Assembly (NCBI GenBank): GCA_023394875.1
Contig: JAEXAB010000001.1
Coordinates: forward strand, 320,588 to 384,587
Reading direction: 5' to 3'
From: Bacillota bacterium
Lineage (GTDB): Bacteria > Bacillota > Clostridia > Christensenellales > DTU072
DNA: 64,000 nucleotides
In this document: positions 1-7,207 of the stretch, one piece after another
Position numbering within the stretch: the first letter of the stretch is position 1
How the letters are laid out: the number at the start of each line of letters is the position of its first letter
Notes under the pieces: model-generated
The model's database searches: none
The model's input: the letters and a program-made list of their open reading frames with translations, nothing else
Told to the model about the DNA's origin: nothing
Program-made: the position numbers and the translations under genes

Positions 1-231
1 AAACCTGGAACTACTGGGAGCCGTAGTTCCCGTCAAAGGGGCGGTGGTAATGATTATGGGATTATTTGGATCAAACGGTTCTATCTTTTCGGTAACCGTA
101 TCGTACAGAATCTTGGCGGCAAGCACTTTTCCGCCTAGATATAGCTCTCTGTATTCATCGCTGATGGGATAATCACTGACGCTTTTATCGCTTAAATTTA
201 TTTTTGCGAACCTGTTTGCATATCCTTTCAT
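1..231 (-). CDS. aor: aldehyde:ferredoxin oxidoreductase (AOR family), N-terminal 77 codons only; the gene runs off the left edge
   Basis: My own minus-strand translation from the ATG at 231..229 gives MKGYANRFAKINLSDKSVSDYPISDEYRELYLGGKVLAAKILYDTVTEKIEPFDPNNPIIITTAPLTGTTAPSSSRF. This fits the AOR N-terminal domain pattern (..INLS.., GG+-LAAKIL, PLTGT). An AGGTG Shine-Dalgarno lies at 236..240. Confidence 0.6.
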   Translation of the reverse strand, partial: MKGYANRFAKINLSDKSVSDYPISDEYRELYLGGKVLAAKILYDTVTEKIEPFDPNNPIIITTAPLTGTTAPSSSRF

Positions 232-252
232 TTTTCACCTCTACATAATATT

Positions 253-284
253 ATAGTGTATTCTTATAATAGTGTATTCTTATA
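253..284. repeat. perfect tandem direct repeat, 2 x 16 nt (ATAGTGTATTCTTATA), in the region upstream of the AOR start
   Basis: Bases 253..268 and 269..284 are identical. A degenerate third copy follows (TTAGTATATTAC). On the minus strand the unit reads TATAAGAATACACTAT and ends about 20 nt before the AOR Shine-Dalgarno. Confidence 0.8.
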
Positions 285-382
285 TTAGTATATTACAATC
301 CGCTCTTACAGTCAATTAGGCAAAATCCAACAAACTATATAATAATCCTACTTAATATGGCTCAAAAAGGATAAAAATCAAA

Positions 383-1861
383 CTATTTATTCCAAAGTTT
401 GTCTTCAGTAACGCCCGTTGCCGTCTCAACGTCGGAGATTTCTTCTTTAGATAAATTCGTCAAAGTTCCACTTTCGCGCAAGTCACCCAAAGCCTTAATT
501 ACCGATTCAAAACGCCTTTTATTTATTTTGTTAGCGAAGGCAAAAACAAGACAACCTACCAAAAGTACGGCAGGGATAGCTATAAACAGCCATTTTATAC
601 CCAAAACGATTTTCGACTGGGCATAGGCGGCGGGGTCAAATTCTGCAACGGTGCTTTTAAGAATATTGTATTCATTTTGGTCAAAACCAATAGCCTTTAA
701 GCCAAAGCCCAGAATAAATATGGAAACGCCCGAAATAAACTTCCTCATAAAGGTGGTTATGCCCGAATATACCCCTTCTCTCCTTTTGGCGGTCACGCAT
801 TCGTCAATGTCGTATATATCGGACAGCATCGACCAGGTGGCAAGGTTGCCCGCGGCAGCGCCGAAACCGATTAACATAGCAAAAATACAAATTACGATAA
901 TCGGAGTGGAAGGATTAACAAAGATAAACAGTAAGGAAACCAAAATCCATATCGGTATACCGATAAACAGCGGAAAAACTTTGCCTTTTTTCTTGGCTAT
1001 TTCTCCGTTTACTATCATAAAAATCAACTGACTTACCAACAAAACGCCCATAACAAGGGTATAGCTTTGATAGCGTAAAACCACTATGTCTATGTAAAAA
1101 ATAAAGAGGGCAAGCACTAGGTCGATCGTTACTTGGAAGAACAAAAATATCCCCAAAAAGTTCCGATACGACTTTAGCTTAAATACGCTTAGCCAGTCTT
1201 TGAGGGTAATTTTTTCTATGGTGGTCGGCAGTTCTTTTTCCCTTGTTCCTAAAAAAGCAAAGAGCCAGCACAGTCCGAAAATAACGCCGAAAATTATTGC
1301 CATAACTAAGTAGCCGTTCTTTTGTTGCGGACTAATGCTAGCGCCCCCAATGGAGTTAATAATAATACCCGGCACAACGGCTGCAAGTAAACTTGTGGCG
1401 CCGCTAAAGCACATTCTGTAGGTGGTAAAGGACGTTCTTTCGTTATAGTCGTCAGTAATGTCGGAAAGTATGGAGTTATAAGGCACCATAACAATGGTAA
1501 ACGCCGTGCCGAAAAACATATAAGCTATTGCATAATAGGCTATTTTCCAGGCTATACTTTGTATGCCGAAAGAGTAAAAAAGCATAACAAATGACAAAAA
1601 GACAGGCAATATGCCTGCCAAGAAGTAAATTCTTCTTCTACCAAAACGGCTGCGGGTTCTGTCGGACAGCCTACCTACTAGAGGGTCGGTCACCGCGTCC
1701 CAAATTTTGCCTATCAGTATAATAACCGTAGTGGCTAGAATGGGGATTTGCTCTACCAGCACAAGAAAATTCATAAAAAACAGAGAGAATATCAAAAAAG
1801 CGCCACCGCCGTAGATATCTCCCGAAGCGTAAGACAGTTTACTCAAAATTTTGTTTTTCAT
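383..1861 (-). CDS. glycoside-pentoside-hexuronide (GPH/MelB-YicJ type) cation symporter, MFS superfamily
   Basis: The ORF is 492 aa with about 12 hydrophobic segments. The N-terminal motif DAVTDPLVGRLSDRTRSRFGRRR matches the GPH family signature (D-P-x-G-x-x-S-D-R-T-x-S-x-x-G-R-R-R). Its start overlaps the stop of the upstream IclR gene by 4 nt (1858..1861). Confidence 0.8.
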   Translation of the reverse strand: MKNKILSKLSYASGDIYGGGAFLIFSLFFMNFLVLVEQIPILATTVIILIGKIWDAVTDPLVGRLSDRTRSRFGRRRIYFLAGILPVFLSFVMLFYSFGIQSIAWKIAYYAIAYMFFGTAFTIVMVPYNSILSDITDDYNERTSFTTYRMCFSGATSLLAAVVPGIIINSIGGASISPQQKNGYLVMAIIFGVIFGLCWLFAFLGTREKELPTTIEKITLKDWLSVFKLKSYRNFLGIFLFFQVTIDLVLALFIFYIDIVVLRYQSYTLVMGVLLVSQLIFMIVNGEIAKKKGKVFPLFIGIPIWILVSLLFIFVNPSTPIIVICIFAMLIGFGAAAGNLATWSMLSDIYDIDECVTAKRREGVYSGITTFMRKFISGVSIFILGFGLKAIGFDQNEYNILKSTVAEFDPAAYAQSKIVLGIKWLFIAIPAVLLVGCLVFAFANKINKRRFESVIKALGDLRESGTLTNLSKEEISDVETATGVTEDKLWNK

Positions 1862-2595
1862 AATGCCTCCGTAAGCGACTTGACCGCAGCTGTCATTTTT
1901 TTGATGATAAAATCCATTTTTTCCTTAGTCATGTGGCTGTTTGCGCCCGACACGCCCAAAGAATACAGACATTTTTTCCTGCTGTCAATAATCGGCACAG
2001 CTACGCACCGAATATCAAGACTAAGTTCGTTATCGTCGATAGCATATCCATCGTTTCTTATCTTTTCCAGTTCTTTTTTCAAAGCCTCTTCACTGCTTAT
2101 GGTGTTCGGCGTGAACTTTTCATAAGTAATGTTGGTTAGCATATGTTCCCTTTCGGAATCAGTGGCAAAAGCAAGCAGACATTTGCCTACCGATGAGGCG
2201 TGAAGGGGTTCTCTGTTGCCGATTTTGGCATTTACTACCAGTCTGCTGGACGATTCGGCTTGCTCAACAATAACCGCGCCGTCGTTACTTAATGCGCAAA
2301 GGTGTACCGACTCTTCTACTTGACGGCATAAAGCGTCCATAATGCCTTTGATTTGTCCTAAAATGTTTCTACCCTTATAATAATTATTGGACATTTGCAA
2401 AATGGACGGACCTATGCTGTACATTCCGCTGTTGCGGTTGACTTCTACCATATCTTTTTGGATAAAAGTCTTAATAATTCTGGAAACGGTACTTTTGTTT
2501 ATTCCCAGCGCGTTGGCTATTTCGGTAATGGTACACGACCGCTTACCCGAAATAAATTCCAGCACAGCCAGACCGTTTTCCAGAGCTTTGCTCAT
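1858..2595 (-). CDS. IclR-family transcriptional regulator
   Basis: The ORF is 245 aa. It has an N-terminal winged HTH (CTITEIANALGINKSTVSRIIKTF) followed by an IclR-type effector domain of the usual length. ATGA-type overlaps with both neighbours suggest translational coupling. Confidence 0.8.
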   Translation of the reverse strand: MSKALENGLAVLEFISGKRSCTITEIANALGINKSTVSRIIKTFIQKDMVEVNRNSGMYSIGPSILQMSNNYYKGRNILGQIKGIMDALCRQVEESVHLCALSNDGAVIVEQAESSSRLVVNAKIGNREPLHASSVGKCLLAFATDSEREHMLTNITYEKFTPNTISSEEALKKELEKIRNDGYAIDDNELSLDIRCVAVPIIDSRKKCLYSLGVSGANSHMTKEKMDFIIKKMTAAVKSLTEAL

Positions 2596-3233
2596 ATCAT
2601 ACCCCGATAATAATTATTGAGAATATTGTTTTGCAACGCCGTGTTTTTGCAGCTGCCTTTAATAAGTTCCACAAAGGGCGCATGGGCAAAAATGGTGTTT
2701 AGTATGCTCTTATCCATATTGTTTAATATCTCTTCCATAGGCTTGTGAACGGCTGTGGAAATGGTTTTTAAGGTGTTGCGGCTATGTCTTTGACTTTCGC
2801 TACGTTCGGGAGGGTATCCACGCCCGAATTCGTCTTCAAAGAGTTTTTCAAAAATATTATCCAAATTCTTATCCCCTGCCCAGCCGAAGCCTTTATTGAG
2901 AGCCAAAGAAATACAATTACCGCCGTTTATCTGACTGAACAGCCAAGCGTCAAGGGGATTATCGATAAGTCCGCAAAAAACGTCGGGATACTGCATAACG
3001 GAAAGCAAAAAGCCCTGTCCTGTACCGCAACCGCCCACAACGAAGTCAACCGCGCCAAGGTTAAGCAATATCGCCGCCATAAGTCCGGTATGAATATAAG
3101 TAAGTCCGTTTTCTGCCGAATCCTTCGCGCTCATACCCAGGTTAATCGCCTCATAGCCGCTTTTTTTGATTGCCGCAATAATATACTGGTTTTTATCCCT
3201 TGCCGAAACTTCGTTAATAACCGCAATTTTCAT
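2592..3233 (-). CDS. RpiB/LacA/LacB-family sugar-phosphate isomerase-like protein (long form)
   Basis: I moved the start to the ATG at 3233 (MKIAVINEVSARDKNQ...). An AAGGAGA Shine-Dalgarno lies 7 nt upstream, inside the end of the preceding gene. The motif VVGGCGTGQGFLLSV resembles the RpiB/LacAB active-site loop (iCGTGiG). Confidence 0.6.
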   Translation of the reverse strand: MKIAVINEVSARDKNQYIIAAIKKSGYEAINLGMSAKDSAENGLTYIHTGLMAAILLNLGAVDFVVGGCGTGQGFLLSVMQYPDVFCGLIDNPLDAWLFSQINGGNCISLALNKGFGWAGDKNLDNIFEKLFEDEFGRGYPPERSESQRHSRNTLKTISTAVHKPMEEILNNMDKSILNTIFAHAPFVELIKGSCKNTALQNNILNNYYRGMI

Positions 3234-3237
3234 AATT

Positions 3238-4434
3238 TTATCTCCTTTTATTACCAAAAAGAATACTTAAAAAGCTCTTTTTCTTCATTAACGGCTTATC
3301 TTCATAACAATTTATTACTATTTCTTTATTCTGTCTGGAAGAATCCAAAGTTGCCAAAGCAAACTGCAAAACTTCCCGTCCCTTTTCTCCCGATAATATA
3401 GGCTCTCTGTCCTCTTTTATTGCATCGATAAAATCATGGGTGGAATTAATAAAAGCGTCCTGCCAGTCGTGCGGGAAATCCCAAAATTCGGTAACCTTGC
3501 CGTCTTTATAAAGAATAACGGGGGCAACGTCAGAGAGCATTTCTGCGGTACAGCGGGTAAGCCAAACTACCCCTCTGCTACCGGTAATTTCCATTCTTTC
3601 ATCGCAAGTATAGTATTTACCTTTGATATAGAGTGATTCCGAAGAAGTAATATCCCACACGCCGTATACTTTTTTGTCGGCGTACTTCCACATTACTACC
3701 GCGGGGCAGTCCTGACAAACGCCGCCTAAAATTTTGGTTTCGTCAATCCAGGCAACGACCTTTTCCACTCCCCCCAGTAAATCGATAAAAAGAGAAAACT
3801 TATGGTATCCATCGTCAAAAACTACAGGCCCGCCACCCGACAAGGAGTCGTTTAATCTCCAGCTCCAGGATAGCGTATCCACTTTCCAGCCGGTAGGGTC
3901 AAGTTTCTCTTCGCAAACGCCCTTTGCCCTAAGCTTACTTGCAGGGGTGTTGCAAGACATCAAACCGCCGTTGTTCATTTTGTAGCGTATACCCACAACG
4001 TCGCCGATTTCCCCTTTATTTATCAAATCTTTTAGGAATAAATAGGGCGGATAATGTACGAAATTTTCATAAACCTTTAATTTAACGTTGTTTTTCTTGG
4101 CGGCTTCTATCATTTTGTCGCACTCTTCTAAATTTAGCGCCATCGGCTTTTGTACCGAAACGTGCTTTTTGGCTTCGCATGCCTTTATCGTAAGGTCACA
4201 GTGCAGGTGATGAGGCACAAGTATTTCCACCCCCACAATCGTAGGGTCGGCAAGTACCTCTTCATAGCTGTCATAAACTTTGGGAATATTGTGCTCTTCG
4301 GCAAACTTTTCGGCGGCGGCTTTGTTCTTGTCGTATACCCCGTAAAGTTCGGCGTCGGTTCTGTCTTTGTATCCGGCAACGTGCAAAGTGGCTATTCTGC
4401 CGCAGCCTATTAATGCAAATCTCAATTTTTCCAT
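3238..4434 (-). CDS. Gfo/Idh/MocA-family NAD(P)-dependent oxidoreductase (sugar or inositol dehydrogenase-like)
   Basis: The ORF is 398 aa. It has an N-terminal Rossmann motif (RFALIGCGRIATLH), a VSVQKPMA motif (the E-K-P motif of the family) and a C-terminal alpha/beta domain of the usual size. Confidence 0.8.
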   Translation of the reverse strand: MEKLRFALIGCGRIATLHVAGYKDRTDAELYGVYDKNKAAAEKFAEEHNIPKVYDSYEEVLADPTIVGVEILVPHHLHCDLTIKACEAKKHVSVQKPMALNLEECDKMIEAAKKNNVKLKVYENFVHYPPYLFLKDLINKGEIGDVVGIRYKMNNGGLMSCNTPASKLRAKGVCEEKLDPTGWKVDTLSWSWRLNDSLSGGGPVVFDDGYHKFSLFIDLLGGVEKVVAWIDETKILGGVCQDCPAVVMWKYADKKVYGVWDITSSESLYIKGKYYTCDERMEITGSRGVVWLTRCTAEMLSDVAPVILYKDGKVTEFWDFPHDWQDAFINSTHDFIDAIKEDREPILSGEKGREVLQFALATLDSSRQNKEIVINCYEDKPLMKKKSFLSILFGNKRR

Positions 4435-4475
4435 TATCCCACCTCTTTTTTATTATACTATAGTCAGGTCAAAAC

Positions 4476-6266
4476 TTAAACTGTCTCTTTTTTTATGTTC
4501 TCCTCATAAATTCTGCGCTTTTCTTCCATATAGGCAGGTATTGGCACGTCCCACCAGCCGAAAGCCTTGCCGCCGGTGAACGGATATTCTCTGGACACGT
4601 CAATAGTAATCAATGTAGGCTTGTTATTCTTAATAGCTTGCGCAGTATCGTTTTTCAATCCCTCTAAAGAATAAGGCTTGTACGACTCAATGCCAAAACC
4701 TTTTGCAATATTATAAAAATCGGGACTATAGGCTTTGCCGTCGCGCATAAAATCATTGCCGAACGCGCTGTCTTTACCCAGTACGTCGTTTTGCAAATCC
4801 TTAATAGCCATCCAACCGCTGTTGTCAGCCAAAATAATAATTACAGGGATATTATATTGCGCCATAGTGGATAATTCCTGCATTATCATCATAAAGTCGC
4901 CGTCTCCCAACAATGCAACCACAGGTTGATTTGGTTTAGCTAATTTTGCTCCGATAGCCGCAGGCACCGCCCATCCCATTGTAGAAAAACCGCCCGTTGT
5001 CAGATTGCAATAAGGCTTTGGATAGCAATATTCTTGGAACAATTGCGCCTGGGTATTACCCGATGATGTGGCAACTATGGTATCTTCGGGTAAAACTTCG
5101 TTCAACGCGCCGATAATTTGGGAAATCGTCGGCATATCGGTAGGTATACTGCGGATATTAACCAAATAATTCTTCCACTCTGCGCGTAAATCTTTTATTT
5201 CTTTAAGATAGCTGTTGTTAATTTTATAGTCAACCAAAGAATTGTTTAGACGAATAACGGTATCAGTTAAATCAGCAACAATTCCCACGTCGGCAAGATA
5301 GTTTTTGCCGATTTCCGCTGTGTCTAAGTCTACGTGAATTAGCTTGGTATCGGGGAAGTTAAAGCTTACTCCCTTGCGGTAAGAACAAGTGGTTTCATCG
5401 GCAAATCTAGTGCCTAACGCCAAAATAACGTCGGCTTCACGGCAGATTTTCAGCCCAACGGGAGTACCCTTGGAACCTGTATGGAAACAATATTGCGGAT
5501 GAGTTTCCTCCACCGCGCCTTTACCTGCCAAAGTTGTAACAACGCCTGCGCCCCACTTTTCGGCAAGGGCTATTATCTTTTCGGCGCATTTTGCCCGTAA
5601 CGCTCCACCGCCTGCTAGAATAACAGGTCTTTTTGCGGTCTTCATAAGGTTAATAGCCGCTTTGAGGCTCTCTTCGCTTGCGGTAGGCTTGTCGGCAACG
5701 TATTGTTTAGTGATATCCTTTATTTCGATTTCTATAGCGGCGGCTTGCACGTCCATAGGCAAGGTAATAACGCACGGTCCGCTTCTGCCGTTGTTCATCA
5801 AACCGAACGCCCTATTTATAATCCTAGGTATTTGTCCGACCGTCTCTGCCCGCCAACTTCTCTTACAAAGAGGCTCTAAGCTCCTTATTATATTGCTGTC
5901 GGCATATCTTTCCACTTCCTGCAAAACGCCCACGCCCTTCATATTGGTATGCGTGTCCCCGCAAAGCTGCAAAAACGCCGTGGAATCAACGTAAGCCGTC
6001 CCAAGTCCGATAGCGGTATTGAGAGAACCAGGTCCTATGGAAGCAAAAGAAGCAATGGGCTTACCCGAAACTCTATAGTATCCGTCGGCAATAGCCGTTG
6101 CCGCCTGTTCATGCTTAACCTGAATATACTTTATATTCCCCTTTTCCTCTTCCTTTCTTATGGCGTCAAAAAGCCCCAAAACGCCGTGTCCCGGTATACC
6201 CAAAACGTATGGCACACCGTGATTTATTAGTTCTTTAACAATGATTTCCCCGCCTGTCAGTTTCAT
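4476..6266 (-). CDS. thiamine-diphosphate-dependent enzyme of the acetolactate-synthase / sulfoacetaldehyde-acetyltransferase / IolD-like superfamily, substrate unknown
   Basis: The ORF is 596 aa with a three-domain layout. The TPP-binding motif is LLGDGDFMMIMQELSTMAQYNIPVIIILADNSGW (GDG...N). The N-terminal Pyr domain reads GIPGHGVLGLFDA...EQAATAIADGY. A GGAGG Shine-Dalgarno lies upstream of the ATG at 6266. Confidence 0.75.
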   Translation of the reverse strand: MKLTGGEIIVKELINHGVPYVLGIPGHGVLGLFDAIRKEEEKGNIKYIQVKHEQAATAIADGYYRVSGKPIASFASIGPGSLNTAIGLGTAYVDSTAFLQLCGDTHTNMKGVGVLQEVERYADSNIIRSLEPLCKRSWRAETVGQIPRIINRAFGLMNNGRSGPCVITLPMDVQAAAIEIEIKDITKQYVADKPTASEESLKAAINLMKTAKRPVILAGGGALRAKCAEKIIALAEKWGAGVVTTLAGKGAVEETHPQYCFHTGSKGTPVGLKICREADVILALGTRFADETTCSYRKGVSFNFPDTKLIHVDLDTAEIGKNYLADVGIVADLTDTVIRLNNSLVDYKINNSYLKEIKDLRAEWKNYLVNIRSIPTDMPTISQIIGALNEVLPEDTIVATSSGNTQAQLFQEYCYPKPYCNLTTGGFSTMGWAVPAAIGAKLAKPNQPVVALLGDGDFMMIMQELSTMAQYNIPVIIILADNSGWMAIKDLQNDVLGKDSAFGNDFMRDGKAYSPDFYNIAKGFGIESYKPYSLEGLKNDTAQAIKNNKPTLITIDVSREYPFTGGKAFGWWDVPIPAYMEEKRRIYEENIKKETV

Positions 6267-6342
6267 ATAGCCAATATCCTCCGCTAATAAATATAGTTTA
6301 ATTTCTAAAAAAATCTATAAAAAAATACCCCTTTATAACTAA

Positions 6343-6371
6343 ATTATATTCCCGCCAACCCAGCCAGTCAA
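6343..6371 (-). promoter_or_regulatory. sigma-70-type promoter for the minus-strand TPP-enzyme operon
   Basis: On the minus strand it reads TTGACT (6371..6366), a 17-nt spacer, then TATAAT (6348..6343). It lies about 75 nt upstream of the ATG at 6266. Confidence 0.6.
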
Positions 6372-6387
6372 TACGAACGTGAAAAAG

Positions 6388-6408
6388 CCGTTGCACCCTG
6401 TGCAACGG
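6388..6408. promoter_or_regulatory. 21-bp perfect palindrome (CCGTTGCAC-CCT-GTGCAACGG) between the two divergent promoters
   Basis: The 9-bp arms are exact reverse complements, flanked by an A5 run and a T4 run. The palindrome sits 17 nt from the minus-strand -35 box and 24 nt from the plus-strand -35 box, so it is outside both predicted transcripts. Confidence 0.5.
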
Positions 6409-6432
6409 ACTTTTACCGAAAAAAAATGTCTA

Positions 6433-6475
6433 TTGACAAGATTTTTTGCATATGCTACACTTGTGGTAATACCAC
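6433..6475 (+). promoter_or_regulatory. sigma-70-type promoter plus a candidate GntR-type operator for the GntR/GRE operon
   Basis: TTGACA (6433..6438), a 17-nt spacer, then TACACT (6456..6461). A perfect 13-nt palindrome GTGGTAATACCAC (6463..6475) follows directly, with the GT...AC core typical of GntR/FadR operators. Confidence 0.55.
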
Positions 6476-6490
6476 CAGAATAGTGAGATT

Positions 6491-7195
6491 ATGAAAAAAA
6501 ACGATTTAACACAACACTTTATTGATAGCGTAAAAGCGAAAATATTTGACAAAACCTACCGTATTGGCGACAGCCTGCCCCCTCTAAGACAGCTTGCAGA
6601 GGAGTTCGGTTGTTCCCGAAGCGTAGTAAACGTCGGTATCGCCCGACTGGCAGCCGAAGGGTACCTTGTAATACATAAGCGTAAAAAAACCACCATAAAC
6701 AACTTTGTGGACAGGGCAAGTTTGGACGTTCTTAAAGATATGGCGTTTTCTATCAATGCCGAATACCGCATTAAGGCAGTAAAAGATATGCTTCACGCAA
6801 GAAAGCTTATTGAAGTAGCCGCAGTAAGGCTTATGGCGGAGAAAAAAGCCGATACTAGTGAGTTGGACGAAATTATTAGTAAAGAAGAAGCTTTAATAAG
6901 GAAAGAGGAAAAGGACTATATGATAATAGCGCAAGCGGATTTTGCTTTTCACTTTAAGCTGATTGAGTTATCAACTAACGCCGTTTATTATGCGGTAATG
7001 AACTCTTTTAGCGCGCTGGCTAGTCAACTGACAGAGGATTTTTATAAAAACAACGTTGATTTGTTTGGTGGTTACGTAGAAAAGCATAAGCAAATATCTT
7101 CGGCAATAAAAAGTGGCGATGCTAATTTAGCAGCATCTTTGCACGAAGGAATATTAATTCACGGAGAGCAAGCTTACAACAAGTTCAGTATATAA
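6491..7195 (+). CDS. GntR-family (FadR/FCD subfamily) transcriptional regulator
   Basis: The ORF is 234 aa. It has an N-terminal GntR wHTH (LPPLRQLAEEFGCSRSVVNVGIARLAAEGYL) and an all-helical C-terminal FCD-like domain. It is the first gene of the plus-strand operon. Confidence 0.8.
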   Translation: MKKNDLTQHFIDSVKAKIFDKTYRIGDSLPPLRQLAEEFGCSRSVVNVGIARLAAEGYLVIHKRKKTTINNFVDRASLDVLKDMAFSINAEYRIKAVKDMLHARKLIEVAAVRLMAEKKADTSELDEIISKEEALIRKEEKDYMIIAQADFAFHFKLIELSTNAVYYAVMNSFSALASQLTEDFYKNNVDLFGGYVEKHKQISSAIKSGDANLAASLHEGILIHGEQAYNKFSI

Positions 7196-7207
7196 AAGGA
7201 GGCAGCA

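Noticed and set aside
3234-3257. The first 8 codons of the 221-aa ORF (MVIKGDKI), which overlap the preceding gene.
   Set aside because: The internal ATG at 3233 (MKIAVINE...) has an AAGGAGA Shine-Dalgarno and matches where RpiB/LacAB-type proteins begin.
6388-6408. The palindrome as an intrinsic terminator or attenuator of the TPP-enzyme operon leader.
   Set aside because: With the promoters I propose, it lies upstream of both -35 boxes and is not transcribed. It is kept instead as a candidate protein-binding site.
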